From assembly GCA_964057225.1 (NCBI GenBank), contig OZ059898.1:4836001-4900000 (forward strand): a stretch of 64,000 nucleotides of DNA, given 5' to 3'. The notes below the pieces were generated by a model. The model was not told the DNA's origin. It saw nothing but the letters and a program-made list of their open reading frames with translations, and searched no databases. The position numbers were made by a program, and so were the translations under genes. This document shows, piece by piece, positions 43,003 through 54,965 of this stretch (position 1 is the first letter of the stretch; every line of letters begins with the position of its first letter). This stretch comes from Auanema rhodensis (Eukaryota; Animalia; Nematoda).

Positions 43003-46000
43003 TTATTGTGCCTTCATTCCGAACATGCTTCGGAATTTCTTATCGAATTCAGAATGCAGTTCACGCATCATGTCAGCTACTGTATCTTGAGGACGTGCGA
43101 CATGGTCCAATCCAACACTCAAACAACGTAAAACATCCTGAATTTAAGAATACTTATTAAAATTGCAATTGCAATAGTTACGTTGAAATCGTGAATTGTG
43201 TACCATAAGGTGGACACAGGAAGCTGGTTGACAACATGAAGTATCTCTCTAGATTCGTTAGCGAACATATTTAAGATGTAAGCATTATAGTGGATCTAAA
43301 ATATTTCATATAATAAAAAATAATGCCAATAAGGTTATATATTGCCTTCCTTCCACGGTAATCGCAGGCATCAACATTGACAATAGGTAAAAATGATTGA
43401 TCGTGAGAATATCCTTCAAATACAGGAGAAACTATATCTTCAGTAACAAAAAGCTGATCTTCAGCATTCTTTCCACTAATTTTGAAAACAGGTGACTAAA
43501 ATAATGATATTAATATTATTAGTAAAACACTTTACGATACTCATTAACTTACAATGACTTCCTTGCTGGTTGGAACAGCACCCATAAACTTCTGATATAA
43601 AGCAATCGCAGAATTATTGTATTCATCTAAGCAATTTTTAATCTCATCAGGCAATGGAGGTAAGAAAAGCTAAATTCAAAAAAAAAGAAAAGATAAATGC
43701 TTCAAATATTATCTTACATGACTCTTATATCCAGTTACTGCTGGATAAGACGATTTATCATCGGGGTTGAACTTAGGTGGTAATCTCTTGCGAACAAATA
43801 AATGAGAAAGCACAAGCAAAAGCTTATTTTTGGCTTTATCCTTATTGACACCACAAGATTTAATCAAATGATGAAGAGCACCCTTTTGTAGAAGGTGAAT
43901 GAACGGAAGAATACCAATTTCCTTTTCTGGAAGGAAAGCAGCTAAACCAGCAAGGTTCTTACCATTGCACTGTAATTTGAAAAAAAATAAAAAGACAATG
44001 TAGAGAAAAAACTTACGCCTTCATCGAGTAGTTGAAGATGACGAAGAAGCTGAATAGCAAAGCCAGTGTACATTTTGATTTGCTGACGTAAAGCATCAAC
44101 ATGACACTCTCTCTTTGTGAATAACGAGAAAGAATTCATCAAAATAGTCAACGCAACCTAAGTAATAGTTTATATATACAATATATTTTGGAAAACCTTT
44201 GTTCTATCTGGAAGAGTGATCAGTGGTGCTCCAGTTTCAGGATTGATCACATCACTCTGATGTACATAAGATAGTAACCTAAGAAGGAATGTAACCGAGA
44301 ACGGTGGATTTCCTTGTAAGTTTGAAAGAGATGCGGTAAGAAGACGACGCATTTTACTGAAAATTAGTAAATATCTTTCGTTCATTAATATGGGTTTACC
44401 TTGTCGGAACACTGAGGAAAACAACATTACCGGAATGATCAAAACCTCTACGACCAGCACGACCACTCATTTGACGATACATCAAAGGAGTGAGGTGTGG
44501 AGTGTCTACTGAGAACACAACAGTTTTACAAGGCATATTAACTCTAAAACGTATTTTTGTTATGTATCTACTGAGAAACTCCATTACCCCAAAGCGAGAG
44601 TGGAAGTAGAGAATAAAATAGCAAGGTGACCAGTACGGAACAAAACTTCAACAGCTCCCTTTTCAACCATATTGAGTGCAGCATGATGGAAACCGATACC
44701 ACGTTCGAAAAGACGAAGAAGAAGTCTGCAAAAAAAAAGGTAATGGTAATCACATATTTGTAAGCATACCGTGTGCTTTCTCTTTGCTTCGCTCCTCTGG
44801 ACAAACGATCAATGAATTTATCGTAAAGCTCATGATCCCCACCACCACGACCACGCAATTTGAATCTGAAATCAACATTTCATTTCTGCAATATGCATGA
44901 ACCTACTTTTCAAGGACTTGCTTTAACCGGGCTTTTTGAGCTCCGAGAACATCTTCCTCATCGTCTCCATCTCGTGTATCACGGGTTTCTCTATCATCAT
45001 CTTTGTCTCCCTTTTTCTTTTCTTTCTTCTTTTCAGCTGCATCACGCTTACGCTTGGCAAGTTTCATGAGCTTCTTAAAAAAGAAAAAATGACAAATTTT
45101 AATTTGAATAAATACCTCTTCATCTTTGATAGCATAATTATTCTTGAACTCATCAGTCGCCATGAAAGTCTGAACAGCAAAAAATTATTAAGCACTGTTG
45201 TCATTAGAATTAACCCTTTCTCTTTCTTCAAGTTCAGCACACAAAACTTCAGCTAATGATTCACAAGCAAAACGATCGTCACTGAAAACAATTGCTGGGA
45301 GCATCTGCTTCTCGCGCATGTTATCTACCAAACGAACAATATTTTCAGTGGCAATTTGAACCTATAAGAAAGTTTAACTATTTGCATAGAAAATAATTGC
45401 CACCTTATTGAATGGTAGGGATCTATGCTCCAACTGTTCTTTAATTCCTCCTCCAGCAAGTTCTTCAAGCACCTTATCAGCAGCTGGATTCGAGGTGTTT
45501 AACCAGCTAAGGAATCTCTCCTTCAACTTTTGTTCTAATTCACGAAGAGAAGTTCTTGAAATCCAAACATTTCCATTTTTCTTGTATCCAAAATAATGGC
45601 AAGGCTCGAATTCTTCTCTGAAATAAATGAAACATATAATTTACTATGAAAAACTCATTACTTTGCTTTTTCATCAAATTTAGCCATAGTATTGTACAGT
45701 TGAAGGATTTGACGAGCGGTTAACTGCTGATCATCGGGAATACCGAACATCTTGATTTTCTCAGGCATGTACACTCCATATGGCATCAATGGTTTTAGAG
45801 CTCCTGTACCCTTATTTACTATTGGAGATTTTTCAGTATCTAAAATTGAAAAGTTTAAAACCATATATATATATATATATATATAAGTTCATACCTACGG
45901 TATCTTGCAAATCCACTGGTTTTTCGATTTCAACTACGGATAACTCTAATTCAGAATAACGCTCTCCATAACTAATAAGATCGACTTTTCTTTTTCCGCC

Positions 46001-49000
46001 AGATTTATAAGCGTCAGCATTAGCTAACCAGCTGTGAAGCTTCGACGCATTTCCAATTGTGGCAGACAGGGCCAAAAATGGGCAGCGAATAGTAAGCAGA
46101 AGATGCTCCCAAATATGAGCTTCTTCCGATGCACTGGAAATTCAAAGCATACATAAATCTTCATGAAATTTTATTGAAATAACAAACCCAATTGAATGAA
46201 CTTCGTCAAACACTACATATTTGATTCGGGAAACGAATTCTTGCACTTCTTTCTCAACAGAAAGTAGAAGACTCTCAAAACTATCGGGAACAGTAACGAG
46301 AACCTGAAGTGTTCTATGATAAAACCCAGCAGTATTATGAATACACTGACTTGACAAGTTAAAGGATTTGTGCGATACTCTCCCGACAAGACTCCAAACA
46401 AAGCTTTTCCACGAGTCATACTCTTATTCTTGAAACGAGCATAAATCGAACCACACATCTACAAAGAATTAATTATAAACGCAAACCAAATATTCCAAAC
46501 TTGATTCATCAAAGCTTTCGATGGAGAAACTACTACGACAACATCTTCATCGCTTGCTCGTAAAATCTTTTCAACACAATAATACGAAATGAAAGTTTTA
46601 CCAGCAGATGTTGGAGCAATAATAATAGCAGAGTGTCCTAAAATTAACAACTATAAAAGAAAAGTTTTTATCTACAACCTCTATCAACAGAATCCAACAT
46701 TTGACGCTGCCAGCCATCAGGATTGAAACCGGTCACACGGTCATCTTTCTGAGGATCAGCAAGAATATCAATGAGCTGTCCACCATATTCCAATTGGTAA
46801 TAAATCATATTTATGTTAAGATCAAGCTTCTTCTGTTTAGCATCAGCAGAAACTTTAGAGTTCGCGGGAGGTTCGAATCCAAGAGAAACCCAAATATCAA
46901 CAATCTGAATAACAACACTGTCACTGTCTCATCGTTGATTTACGCACATCAGTTTTTTGCTTTTCATCCAAATGTGGCCAGTAGTGAACAAAGCAGTCTT
47001 TAAGATGTTCTACCAATGTGATACATTCAGTTCTTCTAGAACCAAAATATAATCTTAAAAACGAAAAACTTTAAAAATCAGACCTCTTTTCCACATTTGT
47101 AGTACCCGATAAAGAAGAGATAATATCTTTAGCTTCTCTCATTGTAATTTCATATAAGCATAAAGCCTTTGTTTCAGGAAGGTCTAGACTAGGTAACAAG
47201 GCTATTAAAAATACAACACTCTGAAAAGAATTAAAATATATTAGAAAGAATTTTTTTTATTTCAAAACCCTACATTTTTGCCTTGTTGGGTAGCAAACTT
47301 AATTTTGGTTTTTTCACTTTCAATTACCTATAAAATATTCATTTTAACTATATAACAGCTTGTTATACCTTGTTATCCTTAGCCTTCTTGTTAGCTTCGA
47401 GGATAACTTCTTTTTTTGATTTTCCTGCTTCTTTTCCCTTCTTTCCACCTCCACCACCTCCTTGCTTTTGGCCTGCCCAGCCTTTTCCTTTCTTCTGCTT
47501 ATCAGAAACATCTTCAGCCGTTGCATAGCCTTTTGGGGTTCTAGAAAAATCAACAAGCAAGTTTGTTCCCCGACCTTCCAATGCGTTAGCGAACATTTCA
47601 TACCTAGAAATAAATATTAGTAATAATTGTTATCAACGGTGTTAACCATCTGCTAAGATATTGGCGAGATTTGTTAACCCTTTTTTGTTGCCATGCGTCC
47701 TCAATCTTATTTTTAACCTCCGAGAATTGGCCTTCAATAGGTCTAAGCTTCCAGCTCATATTATCGCGGAACCAATCCACATAGTCTAGATATGTATATA
47801 AGTTTTCAACTATGATATATTATCTTCACCTTGTTTTAGGCCATCTCTTACAACGTTCTCAGAATCAGCAGACTTAATTTCAGTTAGAAATTGATCGATG
47901 ATAGGAGATTTTGTAGAGTAAAGGAAAGGAAGACTTTTAAGAGAGTCAGAACCCTGCATTTATAATTTTAAAACTGGAACAATAATAATTAAATAACCTC
48001 TTCTCTGGGCTCAAATAATTTTTCAGTTGTATCTACTGCCAAAGGTTTCATTAATTGAGCACTGCCGTGGTAAGTGGCAAAATCTTCCTATAAAATAATA
48101 TCTACACCTTTCTTCAACAATATATGTTTAAAAACCTGTAATCTGTAGGGAAGTACTTCTTCATTGTTTACAATACAATCAAATAGATTGAAAACCATTC
48201 TTCCATCCCAAACATCAGCCAGGGAGATTGTAGCCTTGGTGAAATCACATTTCTCCATAAAGGCAGTAGCATTTGTCAAAATACTTCTTCTATCTCTGAT
48301 TACATCCAACCCTCTCTTAGTGTTTTCTTTATCAGGCAGATATATTCTCTCGGCGCCTCTTCTTGATGTGACAAGAGCAGATAAAATAACAGCGGACGCT
48401 AACGCATCAAAATTAGTTGAGCAACTTCTGAAGTTAAATTTCATTATCAGCACTATTTAGTATACACATACGAAGCCTTGGTTTCTTTTATAATTTTTGT
48501 CCAAAAATCAGCTGTACTTTTGAACTGTGAGCCATCATGTACAGGATTTCGAGCAATTTTCAGAAGTTCACCTGATTAAACAACCGATTTTAATAAAAAT
48601 ATAAATAAATAATCATACTGTTACAATCCCAATGAGCAGCAACAAAACTATCCCAATTATGCATGATAACAAGCTTCGGATTCACATAATAAGCATCAAC
48701 AGAAGCAAAATTCATCATAACGGAATTTAGCATTACCACAGGAACACCCTCAGATAAAACATGTAAAACTGAAAACAAAATTTGATCTAAGGTAATATCT
48801 CTAAAAATACCAATAGTTTCAAGTTGAGGAACAATGTTCACATCCTCTTGGGCACAAAGATCTTTAGAAACGTTTTCAGTAGAAATCATCTATATTGCAA
48901 TATTGTTTAGATCATTAGAAGAAATTATGTTACCATAAAAGATGGAGTAATATCTCTTAAGAATTTTCCCCAGGCAACATCTGCTGGACTAGAGAAGTAA

Positions 49001-49811
49001 ACAAGATCCTTAATAACTTGCTAAAATATGAATAAATTCTTAGTAGATAAACCTTCTGGAAGCGACTAGAGGCAATGTGTGATATAGCACAAGCCCGGGT
49101 AAAAGCTAAAGTAGTATCACGAGCAAATTGAGCAGCAAAGTCAGTAAACACAACCAATTTGAATTTACCACCGAGATCGACGAAACGTTGCAAATATCGT
49201 TCAACCTAATAACACATTTAGCTCCTTCAATGAGTTATATCAAACCTGAGTAGCTATCAGTAGAGACTGCCCTCCATGTTGCCAATTATGATAAGTATGA
49301 GCGGTGCATTCCACTATTAAACTATCCAACGAAATTAAGAAAATCTCAACATCAGCAAACTCCATAATAATATTTCTATACTCCGAAAAAAAAAGGGAAA
49401 TCATCTGAAAACAACATTTATATTTTATTTTTCTGGTTTTGGCACCTTTTTCATATTTGTGGTTGCATCAAAATCTAAAACCAATGGAGTCCAAATGTCA
49501 TCTTCTGGTTCTGCTGAACCACCACTACCAACGGACATGCTATCATCGTCAGACTGAAATCGTTTATACTTAATAAAAATTACAATATAACCTACATCTT
49601 CGTCGTTAATATCCTTTACAGAACCAGCAACTGAAGATTCTAGAATAGCGTTCTTTTCTAAACTTTTGGCAATCGAAGGCTGTCGTGCACGTGGAAGAAT
49701 CACAGGTTTCTCCACAACCTCTACAGGCTCGGAATCAGTATCTAAAAAAAAAGTCTCCGAAAGCCGTCAAATAAACAGTATACCAGAATCATCCCAATTT
49801 CCTTCAGACAT
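43003..49811 (-). CDS. DDX60-like Ski2-family DExH RNA helicase
   Basis: Motif [62 protein letters not shown] precedes the helicase core, and the long N-terminal region has FLISLDSL and DVWDGR, typical of DDX60. Confidence 0.88.
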
Positions 49812-50920
49812 TGTACCCAAAATTAGGAAAGATTAATACTTGCCTAAAAAAAGCAAATAATAAATAAAAACGATTTTATAACGAGAACAAAACGAACACA
49901 AGTGTGAATAAAAAACGTGCTCTATTGCGATTATTTTTTGTTACACTATTTATACCCAACCCATACAACGAGAGGAGATTATGACAAATTGAGAGAAAAC
50001 ATTAAAAAAGGAAAACATTAGTGAATAGTTTGCAGGAAGCTGCTTTTCGAGAAGCTATGTCCTATTACTTCAATAAAGAAGACGATTTGGGATAATCAGT
50101 AGTGTTATACATTTTCGACATAATTAACATAAAATGGTATTATAGTTTAGAAACGCTCTCAACTTCCATAAAAACATAATATGAAGATAATCTTTTTTTT
50201 TCATTGGTGAATATATCCCCTGCATGAAATTTCTTCTTTAATAAAATCTTAAATGGTAAAATACGTCTGAACCTGACTGTAGTTTAAATCCACGAGAGCT
50301 TAATTTCGGAAAGCATCAAATGAACTACTGATTGATAATATTAACATTAGGCAACTAATATTGCTTCATAATCTTTCCTTATTTTGAAAACCGCAAGAGC
50401 GTCATATCTCACCCTGGGCGTATTTGAAGATTTACGCAAAATTACACAAGACAATTTCAAAATTTTTGTCAAATATCCCGTAGCTAATATGAATAATCAC
50501 AATTTTTCAATAAACGGGTTAAATTAAGAAACGAACATAATTGTAAATAGGATCATTATATGGGATATGGGCTTTATCATATAAATAATGATTAGAAACT
50601 GATGCATAATATTATAATTAAAAACATTTTGAATTCGTGTATAATCAGTAATTAAAGGGAAATAAGTTACTAAAAAAATAAAGAAAAATGTAACAGAGCA
50701 TATGCATTAAACGAAATTTAACTGTTTTCAAAAGAAGAAATTTTATTAAAAATGTTAAAATCAAACCTATTTTTTAGCATGCTGCATGAAGGAGCATAAT
50801 TTTGAAACCTTCATTTTATATTAAATTTATAAGAAGTATTCTCAAATTGATTTATCCATATACAGAAGATTTACAATGTATTTTGCTTTCTAAGTTCCCG
50901 CGTAGATCAGACTGGAGGAG

Positions 50921-50927
50921 TATAAAG
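50921..50927 (+). promoter_or_regulatory. TATA box of the REEP-like gene
   Basis: GTATAAAG ~110 bp upstream of the ATG. Confidence 0.45.
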
Positions 50928-51034
50928 GTAGATTGAAGACCTAGTTATTCATATATATCTAAGTAGTATAGATATACATTACTATTGCTATTATTTTCTT
51001 ATCTATTTCTAGTTTGTTGTTGTATCTCTAGTCA

Positions 51035-51711
51035 ATGTCTATTCTGCAGCAAATGACTTCTGGAAAGGCTACCGGAGCTAACTTCGACAATGTGAGTCCT
51101 CAGTTGGCTAGGACTGGTAGAGCTAACGGTATGATTCAAGATGTCATGAACCGTGTTACTGATCAACTAGCTCCTATCACGAAAAAGATGTATGACTCTC
51201 AAAATCCTCTTATTCCTGTTTTCAACTTCATGGAGAAGATTACTGGAGCTAAGAGAGAACACGTAAACTTTTTATACATTATCTATATTCATCGAAATGA
51301 ATTTCAGGTTGTTTACACTATCTCACTCCTTTTGGCTGTTTATACTTTCTCAGGCTCATTCATTCAACTAATTTCTAACATTGCTGGTTTCATTTACCCT
51401 TTTTATGTTTCTCTGAAAGTTATCCGATCTTTGGATAGAAAAGATGAGACCAAACAGTGGCTTGTGTATTGGATGTTCTACTCTCTTTTCTCAATTTCTG
51501 ATCTGACATTTGCTAGATCCTTACCTTTTTACTACTTACTCAAGGTGATATTTATGGTATTTCCTAGTTTATTGTTTGCCTACAGATGGTTTTCCTAATG
51601 TACCTTTATCTCCCACAGTTCGATGGAGCCAATGTCGTTTTCCGGAAGTTCGTTGAGCCAATTTGTAAAATTACCGAGGATATGATGAAGGGGAAACCCA
51701 AGGATCACTGA
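51035..51711 (+). CDS. REEP5/DP1/Yop1 (TB2/HVA22) family ER-shaping protein, divergent
   Basis: LISNIAGFIYPFYVSLKVIRS...TKQWLVYW..YSLFS...PFYYLLK.VFLMYLYLPQFDGA.VVF.KFVEP; 3 exons. Confidence 0.9.
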
Positions 51712-51878
51712 TTTTATAATTTAACGAAAATAGTTTACCTGTAAATTTTCAACAAATAAATTTTTCTTTTACCAGTGATCTTCTCTCACATGTTATACAG
51801 ATATAATTGGTCTCGATTGGATTACGCTAATTTAGTTTGTTAGTTATATTTTGTAATAACTTTATTTTATGATTAACT

Positions 51879-52677
51879 ATGGCGTGTTACTCAAGAGGAC
51901 CTTTCGATTTTCTCGGTTCTTTTGATTTCAACAGTGTACCAAAGAATAGAACATATTTCAGTAAAACTTTGTCTAAGAGTAATTCAGGTTTGATCAACTT
52001 TTTTAATTATTATATATACACTGTATCCAGCCGCATCCAGTGTTGCTGTATGTACTCCTGGGGTACAGGAAGTTCTTGATAATTTCTCTTCATGTCCTAC
52101 TTGTATGGATAACACTCATATAGGTGAATGCTGTCAGTTTCGTAAAGGCATGTTTTTTTAAATTTCATCTCTCTCTTATTCCAGATGATCCCAAGCTGCC
52201 AACTGTCATTGGTGAATCATTTTTATATATTTTGTTTATTTTCTGTTTAGATTCGTCTGACGAAGAGGGACAATATTCCGACACTGATCATGAAGTTTAT
52301 TTGTTTTAGTATATAACTGTAGAGAATATATTTCCAGTATGCCCCAAACCCAAATGTTTTTCAACAGGAGTTAAAAGACGATTTCAAGATTGGAATAAAA
52401 TCTTCTACGAGCACAATCAATGTGGAAAGTATGTTTTTTTTTTGTTTAAAAAAAAAACAATATGACATATTCGTATTTTTAGAAAAACCAACTGCTGAAT
52501 GCTATGCCGAAGATTATGAGGTTTGTTTCTTTCATGCTATTAAAAATGGGATGCTTTTAGTTCTTATACAAAACTATGAAACTTTGGATGAAAAGAGTGC
52601 TGACAATTGATACCATTCGTCAAGAAATTTTTAAGAATCATCATGAACTAGCTTCTGACATAGTGCAATTTTTATAA
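51879..52677 (+). CDS. Hypothetical protein (~172 aa, 7 small exons)
   Basis: Six consecutive GT-AG introns all keep the frame from MACYSRGPFDF to ...LASDIVQFL*. No recognisable domain. Confidence 0.65.
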
Positions 52678-52912
52678 ATTTATTGATTTCTTTATTCAGA
52701 AGACCTTTACAGCCTTTTCTTATATTTCACCTCCTTATCTAATTGAGATTTTGAGTTGTAATGAATTACTGCCGTAACAATGGAAACCCGTTTGGCATCC
52801 ATTATTTCAGTTTATTCTCGAGTGTCTTTATAGTTATATCATTTCATTGCAGTGATTCAACTGTTTTTCCTATATTTTACTTTATTCTTTCTCTTCACCT
52901 GTTCTAAGCGAT

Positions 52913-54267
52913 ATGAGTCAACCAGGTAATTATACTATGTATATCAACAAATTTTTTTGCTCGAACGTAAATACTTGTTGAGTTGGTTTTAGTTTTTTAA
53001 AATTATTCTATATATCAATTAAATAAATATGTTTTTGTTTTGCTATATTTGGTGATTTTAAAGGAATTTTTTCATTCGTAAGGAAATTAAGACCTTTGCT
53101 AAATAAGTTGACATAGGAAGCTTAAATTAAAGTTCCTTCTTTGAAGTATTTCAATCTTTCCAACTTGTTGATAAGTAGTGTTGAGAGATAAGAATCGGTG
53201 TTCAGAAATCTATATAAAGAGTCATATCTGACTGTTTAATAGTCATCAAGAAGAGTTGTTTGTTGAAATATTGCCCACACATAGCGTACGCACTGTAACA
53301 ATGCAACTTGGTACTTTTTTTTAAGCTTCACCAATTAGTCCCACTTTGAAGCATAGTTAGGATATACTAATTCACATTTATTTCTAGAAGAATGCTATAT
53401 GGATAAAGCTGTAGAAGAAGCTTGTCAGGGTGTTACTAAAGGAGATGGAGGTCCTTTTGGAGCCGTGGTGGTTAAAGATGGACAAATCATAGCCACAGGA
53501 CATAATATGGTTTGTTTTTCTGAGATATTCGAAGAATAGAACTACATTTTATTTCCTTATTACCTTCAACATCAATCAAAGTTCTTTAGAATTTAATAAA
53601 AATTAATCTTTAGTTGAAGTAGAAGTAATGTTGAATTTTTCTATTAGCCTCAATTTCACCTGTCTTTGATGAAACAAATCACCATAAATGCTATAATATA
53701 ATAATTTCAAAGTAAAATCTGTCATAGTGATATGAAACTAAAATTATATAAGGCAATAAATCTGTAATATATAGGTCTTACAAACCAAGGACCCAACAAT
53801 GCATGCTGAAGTTACTGCTATTCGGAACGCTTGCAAAAAATTAGGTTCTACAAATTGCTTGGTGAAGTGGATATATTTCTTTATTTAGATACATTCAATC
53901 TCTCTGGATGTGTATTGTATACATCATGTTACCCATGTCCTATGTGTATGGGAGCTAGCTTGTGGGCTCGATTTGATGCTATCTATTATGCTGCTACAGC
54001 TGAACAGGTAATAGTTTTTAATGTTTTTTTCTTTTATTGATTTTTCTCAACTGCTTCTAATGTAAATATTTAGGCTGCTGCAGTAGGTTTTGATGATAAG
54101 GAGTTCCATGATTTCCTTAAAAATCCCAAGAGTGACAAATTCAGGTAAATGATATTATATAATTGATTTAATAAAACAATATATGTAGAAAATTGGAACA
54201 TTTCGAGTCTGGAGACTATATGAAACCTTTCAATCTGTGGAAGAGCACGCCTAGAATTAACTATTGA
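52913..54267 (+). CDS. Cytidine-deaminase-fold guanine/guanosine deaminase (GuaD/GSDA type), two alternative first exons
   Basis: GGPFGAVVVKDG, GHN.V...DPTMHAEV.AIR.AC, LYTSCYPCPMC, AAAVGFDD, C-terminal Tyr. First exons are ATG 52913 (MSQP) or ATG 53301 (MQL), both phase 1. Confidence 0.88.
53168..53219 (+). promoter_or_regulatory. GATA sites plus TATA box for the proximal deaminase start
   Basis: TGATAAG (~53169), AGATAAG (~53186) and CTATATAAAG (53210-53219) upstream of ATG 53301. Confidence 0.5.
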
Positions 54268-54965
54268 AGTCATTTTTGTGACCATTCCTTTCATTTTCTA
54301 TAGTTTAATTGTCAAGCATATTACAAGGAAACACAATTAAAAAAAAGGCTGTGAATTAATTTTATTTTTTGTTTTAATATATGTTTAATCATCACAATTC
54401 ACAATTAATTGAATGGCAGAAATTGAGTACAATTATAATAAATTTGCAGAGATGTGTATCACAAATGTTTTCTTGAAGTTTTCAAATTCACGTATAATAC
54501 TTAGTTTCACAGAAACATATTTAAATAATTTCCTCAACAACAATTCCATTTCAGCATATAGTATCTTGTGTCAAAGGTTTTTTCATGCTAATTTGTCTTG
54601 TAAGAGACATGTCCACCATTGAAGTACTAAAAAGAATAAAAGTCTTTTTGTCATTCATTGTTGGTGTTGCGATATGTCATTAAGATTAAACAAAAAAAAT
54701 TGATAAACCGCTTAAGTTGCGTAAATAGTATTACAAAGTCTTATCAATTTAAAATACATGACATCAAGTTAAAGATAATTCGTGCAATATCGCAACTGAT
54801 TAAAGAGAATACAGACAGTAAAGAAGTTGATTCAGTTTTGACAGGAAAAGTACTGTAATTTATCACGTGGAAAGATTCTCATATGACAAAAAGTGATGGG
54901 GCGTTAGCCTATTGCTTATTACATTTTTAGCAAAACGGGTTTCGATACATGTATTTAAAATTCAT

